64,000 bases of DNA, taken from the NCBI GenBank assembly GCA_964478715.1, contig CAYZIY010000003.1, forward strand, positions 6,669 through 70,668, given 5' to 3'. This document shows positions 49,451 through 58,900 of the stretch, in pieces (the stretch's first letter is position 1; every line of letters begins with the position of its first letter). Both the position numbers and the translations under genes were made by a program. The stretch comes from an uncultured Planctomycetales bacterium (GTDB taxonomy: Bacteria > Omnitrophota > Gorgyraeia > Zapsychrales > JBDRMG01). Below the pieces are notes generated by a model that worked only from the letters and a program-made list of their open reading frames with translations, did no database searches and was not told where the DNA came from.

Positions 49451-50209
49451 ATGAAATATCTTAGTGCATTCTTTCTTTACTTCGCTTTCTTTTGGTTGAT
49501 GGGTGCGGGGTCCATAGAGCTTTCCGATATTGAAACGGCTTTGATTCAGGAAAGATATCAGGAAGCCGAGAATATGGTCCAGAGTTTTATTGATAGCTAT
49601 CCGCTTCAAGACGAATATCAGCAGGCTCTTTATTATTTGGGATTGATTCGCTTGCGCCAGGGGCAATATCCGAAGGCTCGCGAGACGTTTCGAATTTGCC
49701 TGCAAGACACATTTCGAAGGCCTATTTATGATAAAGCATATATTGGTCTGATTGATTCGTATTATCTCGAAGGGAATTTCAAAGAAGGCCTGAAATTGGC
49801 TGAGGAGCTCTATGAACATAAACCCGATAGCGAGATTTTAAGTCTTGTTTATCTGAAGATAGCTCGTGGGAACCTTAAACTCTCTCGATGGAAAAAGGCC
49901 CGGCAATATTTGCGCAAGATTATTAATAAATATCCGGAAAGTCTTGAGGCGCATTTGGCCGAACAGCTAATGGATGAAGAGAAGTACTTTGCCGTCCAAG
50001 TCGGATCTTTTTTGGATCGCGAAAGGGCGGAAAGATTGCTTGCGGAGCTTAGATCCAAAGGGCAATATGCCTATATTGTCGAGACAACGGATCCTGAAGA
50101 AAAAACTTTTTATCGCGTCAGAGTCGGCGAGATGACGGATTTACAGCAAGCTAATCGACTTAAAGAAAGATTAAACAGTTTCGGTTATCCTACCCGTATC
50201 TATCCCTGA
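49451..50209 (+). CDS. TPR + SPOR domain protein
   Basis: Signal/TM, TPR helices, FAVQVGSF...YRVRVG SPOR motif. Confidence 0.85.
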   Translation: MKYLSAFFLYFAFFWLMGAGSIELSDIETALIQERYQEAENMVQSFIDSYPLQDEYQQALYYLGLIRLRQGQYPKARETFRICLQDTFRRPIYDKAYIGLIDSYYLEGNFKEGLKLAEELYEHKPDSEILSLVYLKIARGNLKLSRWKKARQYLRKIINKYPESLEAHLAEQLMDEEKYFAVQVGSFLDRERAERLLAELRSKGQYAYIVETTDPEEKTFYRVRVGEMTDLQQANRLKERLNSFGYPTRIYP

Positions 50210-51135
50210 TGAATTCCAAAACAATCATTTTTATCGTTGGCCCGACGGCCGTGGGCAAGTCCGATGTGGCTTATCTCTTGGCCAAAAAAATTGATGCAGA
50301 GATTATTTCCTGCGATTCAATGCAGGTATATAAGAATATTCACATCGCTAGCAATAAGCCGTCTCCAGTTGTGCTCAAAAAGATTCCGCATCACTGTCTG
50401 GATCTTATCGATATTTCCAAAGAATTCAATGTCGCAGACTTTTATAAAAGAGCTAATCGCGCTGTGAGGGGTATTCATCGAAAGGGAAAATCGGTTATTG
50501 TTTGCGGTGGTAGCGGGCTATATATGGCCATTCTTCTCGATGGGATTTTTAGCGCAGGCGCTTTTAGCAAGCGCGTTCGACAAAAACTCCTCAAACAGGT
50601 CAAAGAGAAATCAGGGCGGTCTCTGTTTGATCAATTGAAGAAGAGGGATCCGCAAGCGGCCCAGAATATTCATCCGAATGATGCAAAAAAGATTGTTCGC
50701 GCCCTGGAAGTCTGCCTGGTTGCGGATCAGCCCTTTTCAAGGATAAAGAAAAAAAGGGAAGGGCTTTGGGGAAAATATTCGGTTCGGATATTTTGCCTTT
50801 CGAAAAATCGGCCAGAGCTTTATCAATGCATTAATCAAAGAGTTGATCATATGTTTAAAAAGCAGTTGGTGAAAGAAATCAAAAATCTACATGAAGAAAA
50901 ATGGAGCCAAACCGCACAGGCATTGATCGGAGTCAAGGAGATCAGAGATTATCTTAACGGGAAATGCTGCTTGGATGAGGCCAAGAGATTGATTCAAAGA
51001 AATACCAGACGGCTGGCGAAAAGGCAGTTGACCTGGTTTCGCAAAGATAAGCGATTAGAATGGATAGATGTCGATTCTTTGACCCCTGCGCGTGTGGCCG
51101 AAGAGATTACTCGACGATTGGAGAAAGAGCAGTGA
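50209..51135 (+). CDS. miaA: tRNA dimethylallyltransferase
   Basis: GPTAVGKS, DSMQVY, GGSGLY, HPND, AKRQLTWF. Confidence 0.96.
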   Translation: MNSKTIIFIVGPTAVGKSDVAYLLAKKIDAEIISCDSMQVYKNIHIASNKPSPVVLKKIPHHCLDLIDISKEFNVADFYKRANRAVRGIHRKGKSVIVCGGSGLYMAILLDGIFSAGAFSKRVRQKLLKQVKEKSGRSLFDQLKKRDPQAAQNIHPNDAKKIVRALEVCLVADQPFSRIKKKREGLWGKYSVRIFCLSKNRPELYQCINQRVDHMFKKQLVKEIKNLHEEKWSQTAQALIGVKEIRDYLNGKCCLDEAKRLIQRNTRRLAKRQLTWFRKDKRLEWIDVDSLTPARVAEEITRRLEKEQ

Positions 51136-52367
51136 GCGAAAGAATTTGTATCGTCACAATTGATTTTAACAGGCGCAATGACTGGTTGCCTGAAGATATC
51201 GCCGATGAATTAAAAGAGCTCGTTTCCTCTTGCGGTGGTAGACCAGCGCATTCATTAATCTGCCGCTGCCCCAAGCCGACCCCGGATTTATTGCTCGGAA
51301 GCGGAAAGGTTAAAGAGATTAAAGAGTGCTGTGTAGAACACAATATTGATACGGTTATTTTCAGTGTGGATCTTAAAGGCAATCAGCAGCGGAATTTAGA
51401 AGAGATCCTTGGTGTTAAAACGATTGACCGTACGCAGTTGATCCTGGATATTTTTGCCAAGCGGGCCAAAAGTCAAGAGGGCCGCGTGCAGGTCGAGCTC
51501 GCCCAGCTTCAATATTTGAGGCCTCGATTGGTTGGGAAGGGGGTTGAGCTCTCTCGACTGGGCGGTGGCATCGGGACATTAGGGCCTGGTGAAACCAAAC
51601 TCGAGACAGATCGACGACGTATTGAAACACGCATTGCCAAATTAAAGAAAGAACTCAAAGAAATCAGCCAAAACAGACATTTGAGAAGAAAAAAGAGAAT
51701 AAAAAAACAGATTCCTACGGTAGCTTTGGTTGGCTATACCAATGCAGGGAAATCTACTTTGCTTAATACGCTGACGGAATCCAAGCAGATGACGCGAAAT
51801 GGACTTTTCACCACTCTGGATCCCATCACGCGGCAGCTGACCCTTTCGAATCATCAAACGATCGTTTTATCCGATACCGTCGGATTCATGGTTAATTTAC
51901 CGCATCATTTGATCGAGGCTTTTAAGGCCACTCTGGAAGAGGTTATTGAGGCGGATCTTCTGTTGCATGTTCTGGATGTGAGCCATCCAAAGTTTAGACT
52001 GCTTCACGATGCCGTGATCCAGGTCCTGCGGGATCTGGACGCCTCCGATAAAACCATGTTGACGGTTTTTAATAAAATTGATCTTTTGCAAGACCGAAAG
52101 TGGCTTTGTGATCTTGAAAAGAATTATGATCATGCGGTCGCCGTTTCAGCCTTGAAGAAAGAAAATATCGATCAATGTAATGAAAAGATATCCAGTCTTT
52201 TACGTAAGACCATGATCGAAATCGATGTGACACTTCCTCTTCATCGGATGGATCTTGTTCATCGTCTTCACCAGGAAGGTGAGATTCACTTGATTGAGTA
52301 TAAGGCCGATTCTATTCACATTTGTGCCGTTGTTCCTATCCACATTGCCCATCAATACAACGCTTAA
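51132..52367 (+). CDS. hflX: GTPase HflX
   Basis: GPGETKLETDRR, GYTNAGKS, FTTLDP, DTVGF, NKID; GTG 51132 overlaps miaA stop. Confidence 0.96.
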   Translation: MSERICIVTIDFNRRNDWLPEDIADELKELVSSCGGRPAHSLICRCPKPTPDLLLGSGKVKEIKECCVEHNIDTVIFSVDLKGNQQRNLEEILGVKTIDRTQLILDIFAKRAKSQEGRVQVELAQLQYLRPRLVGKGVELSRLGGGIGTLGPGETKLETDRRRIETRIAKLKKELKEISQNRHLRRKKRIKKQIPTVALVGYTNAGKSTLLNTLTESKQMTRNGLFTTLDPITRQLTLSNHQTIVLSDTVGFMVNLPHHLIEAFKATLEEVIEADLLLHVLDVSHPKFRLLHDAVIQVLRDLDASDKTMLTVFNKIDLLQDRKWLCDLEKNYDHAVAVSALKKENIDQCNEKISSLLRKTMIEIDVTLPLHRMDLVHRLHQEGEIHLIEYKADSIHICAVVPIHIAHQYNA

Positions 52368-52570
52368 AAGACAAATCGAAAGTCAGCGAAATATTATTCT
52401 ACATTTTCTGGGAAAAATATATCGGGTTGTTAACCATACTTGCACGACGAGAAATTGATCAAAAAGAAAAACTTAAAAGAAAGCGTTTTCGCAAAAACGG
52501 CATTTTCTTTAGTTATTCCTGCGGAAGGACAATATATATTGCATACTTTAATTAGAAGACAATTATAGCG

Positions 52571-52716
52571 TTTTGCCGATAAACCCGTAAAGTCGGGCCC
52601 GGCGGAGCCAAAGACGAAAGAGCTTTGGCGAAGACGGGGGCTAAACCATCGCAAGATGGCGACGCAAAGTTAAGGGTCCTTGCATTTTCAAGGATAGCCT
52701 AACTGCCGAAACAAAG
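52571..52716 (+). ncRNA. Cyclic di-GMP-I (GEMM-I) riboswitch aptamer with 55-nt insertion
   Basis: GGCTAAACCATC-GCAA-GATGGCGACGCAAAG (P2 with GNRA loop, AAAG junction), P3 GTTAAGGGTCCTTG...CAAGGATAGCCTAAC, TGCCGAA; 5' P1 strand TTTTGCCGATAAA lies before the insertion. Confidence 0.85.
52584..52638 (+). repeat. GC-rich self-complementary (REP-like) insert inside riboswitch
   Basis: CCCGT...ACGGG ends; internal GCCAAAG/CTTTGGC stem with C-GAAA-G loop; I saw only this copy in the window. Confidence 0.5.
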
Positions 52717-52732
52717 ACAGCTAGACTAAATG

Positions 52733-52764
52733 AACCTATTCCTTGGTGCAGGAATAGGTTTTTT
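52733..52764 (+). terminator. Intrinsic terminator (riboswitch expression platform)
   Basis: AACCTATTCCT-TGGTGC-AGGAATAGGTT + TTTT. Confidence 0.85.
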
Positions 52765-52789
52765 ACTTTAAATACCCAACGGAGACAAA

Positions 52790-52987
52790 ATGGATAGTTT
52801 TGTTATGACTGAAGAACAAATTCATGAATGGGTTAATCGGATGCAAATAAATAAAAGAAAGCCTTTTCTTCATGATAAGGATTTTCAAATAAAAGCTTGG
52901 CAGATTCATCAAAATTATTGCATGTTTGAAAGGAAGGCAGGGGTTTTGAAAATAACCCCTGTTTTTTTATGTGGGAGGCAAACATGA
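52790..52987 (+). CDS. 65-aa leader ORF coupled to the giant gene
   Basis: GGAG RBS before ATG 52790; its TGA overlaps the giant-gene ATG (ATGA). Confidence 0.45.
   Translation: MDSFVMTEEQIHEWVNRMQINKRKPFLHDKDFQIKAWQIHQNYCMFERKAGVLKITPVFLCGRQT
52938..52968 (+). terminator. Second intrinsic terminator-like hairpin just before giant gene RBS
   Basis: CAGGGGTT-TTGAAAAT-AACCCCTG + 7 T. Confidence 0.65.
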
Positions 52988-55900
52988 AAAAAACATTTCC
53001 CTATCTTTTGGCATTCTTAATGGCTTTATGGAGTCCAGCTAAGGGCTTCTCATTGGAAATCACCCATGTTTCCGGTTGTGCTGAGGTCGATACAGATTAT
53101 CAATGTGTTGAAATCGCCAGTTGTCAAGATCTTACTCAATCTAACACATATTATTTGCTGGCGGACGATATTGTTACCGGTGGAACGTGTTTTACCAATC
53201 ACGTCAGCAATATTCACTTGGATCTTAACAGCTATACCGTCAGTTATGCTCAGACGGAACCGGGACATGCCTTTTATGAACAATGGTCTAATCGGGATAA
53301 TGTTACGATTGAAAATGGCTTCATGATTGGCGGCTATCAGAACAATAGTCACGCTCTTTATTGGGTTACAGACGGATCAGACAACCTTGTCATTCGCAAT
53401 TTGAGCTTAAGCGTTGCCGGGGTCGAGACAAGCGGTATTAAAATCGGTACGGGCAATAATCTTGAGATTCATCATGTGAATATTGAAATGGATTCAGATA
53501 AAGCCGATCCATGCTCTCATTATGGAGAACCGATCGCTGGCATAAGCCTCGCTCATCGTGGAGGCGATATTGATATTCACCATAACTTTGTGACTGGAAC
53601 CGGAATGACTGGAATTGTCACTTCCAGCTGCGGGACCTATACCGAACCTCTAGAAATTCACAACAACTATATTAGTACATGGAGTCCGGTCAGGGACGGT
53701 TATGCTATTGGGATTTCGGGTACTAATAATAGCTGCTCGGACGGAACATTGATTTACGATAATACGATCAATCAACAAAACGGCCGAGGGATTATTGTTG
53801 ATGGATGGACCGGCAATGAATCTTACGGACCGGGAAATATCGAAATGTACGGCAATCATATTACGGTCAAAGAAGGGTGGGACTGCGAATATGATCGACC
53901 AGGTACAGCCGCAGGCATCCGACTAAGGTTTGGTGCTCATGATGTCTATGCGCACGACAATGAGATTTACGGTTTGGCCGGCACAGGTGTAGCTGTGGGA
54001 TCAGAGCCAGGTAAAGATGGAGCCACCGCCATTGGAATTTATTCGGGAAGCAGTCTTCCTTACGGGCTCAATAATCGATTTGAGAATAATTATGTGGAGG
54101 TTTCCACCAATGATGCCCGTTATCCGGCTATTGGCCTTTATGTCGCCGGAGGAGATCAAAATACCTCAGCGGCTTTTTCCCAGTTTTTAAACAATACTAT
54201 CGTTAGTAATAACAAACCGATCAGGATTGGATATAGCGATGGAGGAGGGTCTCAGGCCGATTTTGACTCCAACACCATTGTTCGTGGAGATAATCCCTTA
54301 GATTTTCATACCTACACGGTTGGATACTGGATTTTCGGTGCGCATCATATCGATTTTCTTGATTCGATCGTTGAAGGAGGCGCTAGCGCTCAGGATATTG
54401 TTTTTGACAGCGCCTGCGAAGGATCGTGCGCGAATTATGAAAATATCACCTTATCCTGGACTCTAAATTTGCAAGTTGAAAATAGTGGTGCCAATAGGAT
54501 TGAGGGAGCCAGTGTGCAAATCACAGATTCTGATAACCAAATAGTGGCTCAAGGTCAGACGGACGCACAGGGTCTGTTTAGTCAGACTCTAGTTGAGAAA
54601 AGCTTTGAGGGTATTCTTCAACCCGATGAGTTTATTCATACGCCTCATGAAATTCAAATTGAAAAAGCCGGTTATCAGACATATTCAGATTCGCTTGTCA
54701 TGGATTCAACAAAAACAGTGATTGTCAATCTTCAGGAAGGAAGTTCGAATCAGGCGCCCATTCTTGAACCTCTTACGGAATGGTCTGTCTTTACTGGTGA
54801 GAGTATTGAAATACTTGTCTCGGCTATAGATCCTGATAATGATCCTATAGAGCTTAGCGCTTCAACACTTCCTAGCGGAGCCCAATTCTTAGATTATGCA
54901 AACGGGACTGGAATTTTTAGCTGGATTCCTTCCGTGGATGGACTTTATTCGATCAGCTTCACAGCATCCGACGGTTATCTAAGTGATATAGAAACGTTAC
55001 AGATTGCCGTTCTTGCAGGCGCACCAGAAGGCAATCAGGCTCCCGTCTTATCTGAAATCAGCGATCAAACGGGGTACCCTTTTGAGCTTTTGACGTTTGA
55101 GGTGACAGCTACCGACTCTGATGATGATCTCTTAACTTATTGGGCCGAGAATCTTCCCAATGGAGCCGATTTTATGGATCAGACATTCATCTGGTTTCCC
55201 GATGATACTCAATTAGGTACTCACACAATAACGTTTTTTGTCAGCGATGGGGAATATACAGATTCCCAAGATGTAACAGTGACCATTCAAGACAGCGCCG
55301 GATGCGTTTATCCTCAGACGTATCCGCATCCCGACGGCTCATGCCGTGTGTTGCCGCATATTAATGTGGCCGGGGTATCTTATAGCAATCCTGATACAGA
55401 CCAAGAATATGACTGGCGAGTAGAGCATTATGATCTTCTCCTTTTTACTTTTGGGTCCTATGTTCTCGATGAATTTATTGGCGTTAAAGAAAGGTCGCCA
55501 GGATTGGTTTCTCTTAGATATGACAATATGCATTCTCACATCATGTATCACGATAGAAAAATGAATGCACTGGATGATTGGATTGAGAATCACCCAGAAT
55601 ATGGAGTTTTTGAAGATTATTTTCTTCATTATAAATATGATTGTATTCAAGCTGGAATTGAAAGAAAAGGCTGGAATCCCGATGAGGATTTGAATGTCAA
55701 TCACATTAGAGATGGTTATGAAGCAAACCCACAAACAGATCCTATTGATCCAAACCGCAGCGCTGACTTCAAGCATGAAAGCAGAATAATGACCAGATAT
55801 AACCGGACAGATCGTGTTTTTGCTAATGTGGGGCATGCTGGCTATCAAGCTTTTAATGCGCAATTTTCTTATGATGAAGTTCATACAGCCGATGTTCCAA

Positions 55901-58900
55901 GCATTGGCTATGATTTTGATGGAATGTTTGTGGATAATACAAATACTTATGCTTTTATGTGGGACAGTGTTCCAGACAATGAAGTTTTAGAATATCCGGA
56001 TGATCCTCAAAGAGAAGAAGATTGGCATGAGGATATGGTTGAAACTTTTGCTGCCGTCAAGGCCCAATTAGCTGATAAAAAACTCTATATTAATACGATA
56101 TATTTTCATCTTCCACAATACTTCCCAGTCACCGACGGTGATTTTAAGGAATATGTTATTCACGGCCGTTCTAGTATGGGAGGCGGCGAACCTTATTATA
56201 TGCATTTGGCAAGATTGGCAACAGAAGCAGAGCAATATTCTGTGTTAACAGTAGCTAATTATACTGATGAAAGCGGAAATCCGTTATATACGTTTTCAGA
56301 AGATAGGTATAAAATTTTCACCTTAGCCCAATATTATTTATTGCATAGTCCTTATACGTACTTTAACTATCAGGTAGGAAATACCTCATGGAATCATGAC
56401 TTACATGCGCAGTGGTTTGAGGCGATGGGATACAATATTGGAATTCCTATTGGTGATGAGTATATTTATGCCACAGATAATCAACCTAATGGGCAGGCCG
56501 CTGTCTATGCGCGGGAATTCACCAATGGGCTTGTTTTGGCAAAATTCAAACCGAATTGGGTGAATGACTTTGATCAACCATCGACGCATGATTTAGGCGG
56601 AAGCTATAAGCTTTTGGGTGTCGATGGATCTCTGGGGCCGGTGATCAATCAAATCACTTTGCGCAATTCACAAGCTGCTATTCTGATTCCTGCGAGCAGT
56701 GGCGGTGAAAATTACCCACCAGTTCTACAGCCAATCGGAAACAGAGAAGTGCTGGAAGGAGCCACACTTAACTTTAGTGTCTCGGCGAGTGATCCCAATG
56801 GAGATGTTCTTACCTATACAGCCGAAAATATTCCCGCGGGTTCAAATTTCTCGAATCAAACATTTACCTGGACACCGGGCTATGATCAAGCCGGAACTTA
56901 CTCTGTGAATTTTATTGTCAGTGACGGGGAATTAAGCGACAGTGAACAGATCCAAATCGCCGTTGTCGATAATGATCCTGATACCCAAGCGCCGTCAATT
57001 CCTCAGAATTTTACTGCCCAGGCTTTGTCAGGTGTCCAAGTGCAGCTAACTTGGGAGGTGTCAACAGATAATGTAGGCGTTACAGGCTATCATATTTACC
57101 GCGATGGAGCTGAAGTAGCAACTACGACAACAACGTCTTACCTTGATTCAAGCCTGGAGCAGTTAACGAGATATTCATACGAAATCTCTGCTTATGACGC
57201 AAGCGGAAATGAATCTGCGCTCTCAGATGCAGTCGATGTCACAACGCCTGGAACAACGACCGTCGAAGTGATCGGTTTAGTTCGAGAAGATTGCAGTGGA
57301 TATTCCAATTGCTATTCATCATTGACTCAGTGGGAGTCCAGCTATGGCGGCGTAGATTTTGGATCTTGCCCCCACGGTGATCTAGTCTGCGCTGATGCGG
57401 TGGCCATAGCGCAGATAGACGGCATTTGGAATAGTCCCGAAACCGGCCGAGTTGTGATCGACGGATGGACAACAGACGAGGATCATTATATCAAGATTTT
57501 TACTGCCCCTGAAGCCAGACATGACGGCAAATGGAACGAATCAAAATATCGCCTGGAAGGCTCTCATCTGTGGACACCCATTCTTCAAGTCAGTGAAGAT
57601 TATGTGGTTATCGATGGCCTGCAAATATTCAATAGCGCTACTCAAAATCAACCGGTGGGTGTTGTGATTGATAACCGTTCTACATTAGGAGGGGATGTTC
57701 GTATTAAAAATAATATTATACGATTTCCCAAAGAGGTTTTGCCGTATCAGGCTGGCATTACGCTAAGGATTGATCCTCAGACAACGGTAAAAGTTCTAAA
57801 CAATATCATTATCAATCCCTACGATGGTATTTCGGCCGCTCCCTGGAGCGGAGATAAAGGAACGTATGTGATTTATAATAATACTCTTGTCGACCCCAAG
57901 CGGTATGGGATTCAGTGCGCCTTTGAAGGCAGCGGTCAGGGCGCCCTTTTACTTAAGAACAATCTCGTTCAGGGTATCAATACTAATTATGATATTTATG
58001 GATCCTCAAATCTTAATCTCTTTGAGCACGCGGCTAATATTTCGGAAGATGCCTCATCGCCTGACGATGCGCTCAGAAACAAACAGGCTCTGTTCGTTGA
58101 GGAAGCTCTCGATGATTTTCATCTTTCCGAAAGCGATATCACAGCTAAGGACATGGGTGTGGATTTAAGCAATAATAGTTACGCTCCCTTTGACAATGAT
58201 ATTGACGGTGAAAATCGAGCATCACTTTGGGATATCGGCGCGGATGAGTATGTTTCTTCTGCTGTCAATCATCCGCCGGTTCTAGAAACGATCGATCCCC
58301 AGGAAGGCTTTATCGGTGATCCGATTATTTTTGAGGCGACAGCGACAGATCCCGATGGGGATGTCTTGAACTATTCGGCGACCGGACTTCCAGCTGGAGC
58401 GATTTTTGAGAATCAGGTTTTCAGCTGGACTCCTGACGAGACCCAAGAGGGTCAACATCAAATAACTGTTACGGTTGACGATGGAGATCTTGATGATTCT
58501 CAAGTGGTTTCTATTACCGTTGTTGGGATTAATGATCCTCCGATTCTTGAGCCAATCGGCAACAAAATTGTGAACGAAGGCGAGGAATTAAGTTTTACCA
58601 TCAATGCTATGGATCCGGATGAAGACGGTATTCTTTTGACTATCTCGACCGAGATCCCGGATGTTGTTCTTACAGATAATGGAAACGGCACAGCTGATTT
58701 CAGCTGGATACCTGGCTATGATCAAGCCGGCAGTTATCAAGCGACCTTTAACGCTCAGGATGAAGGCGGCTTAACAGATCAAGAGACAATCACCATTGAA
58801 GTCTATGGAACAAACCGGCCGCCTGAAATTGATCAGATCTCGGATCAAACAATTAATGAGGGAGAGGAGCTTATTTTTGATGTAATGGCTATAGATCCTG

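Noticed and set aside
52368-52570. Promoter for the riboswitch leader (TTGCAT at 52539)
   Set aside because: No -10 hexamer at a convincing spacing; a promoter is likely here but cannot be placed
52571-52716. cGAMP-sensing (GEMM-Ib) assignment or a tandem second aptamer
   Set aside because: Position-20 equivalent is G, not A; the insert lacks the GACGCAAAG/P3 core of a second aptamer
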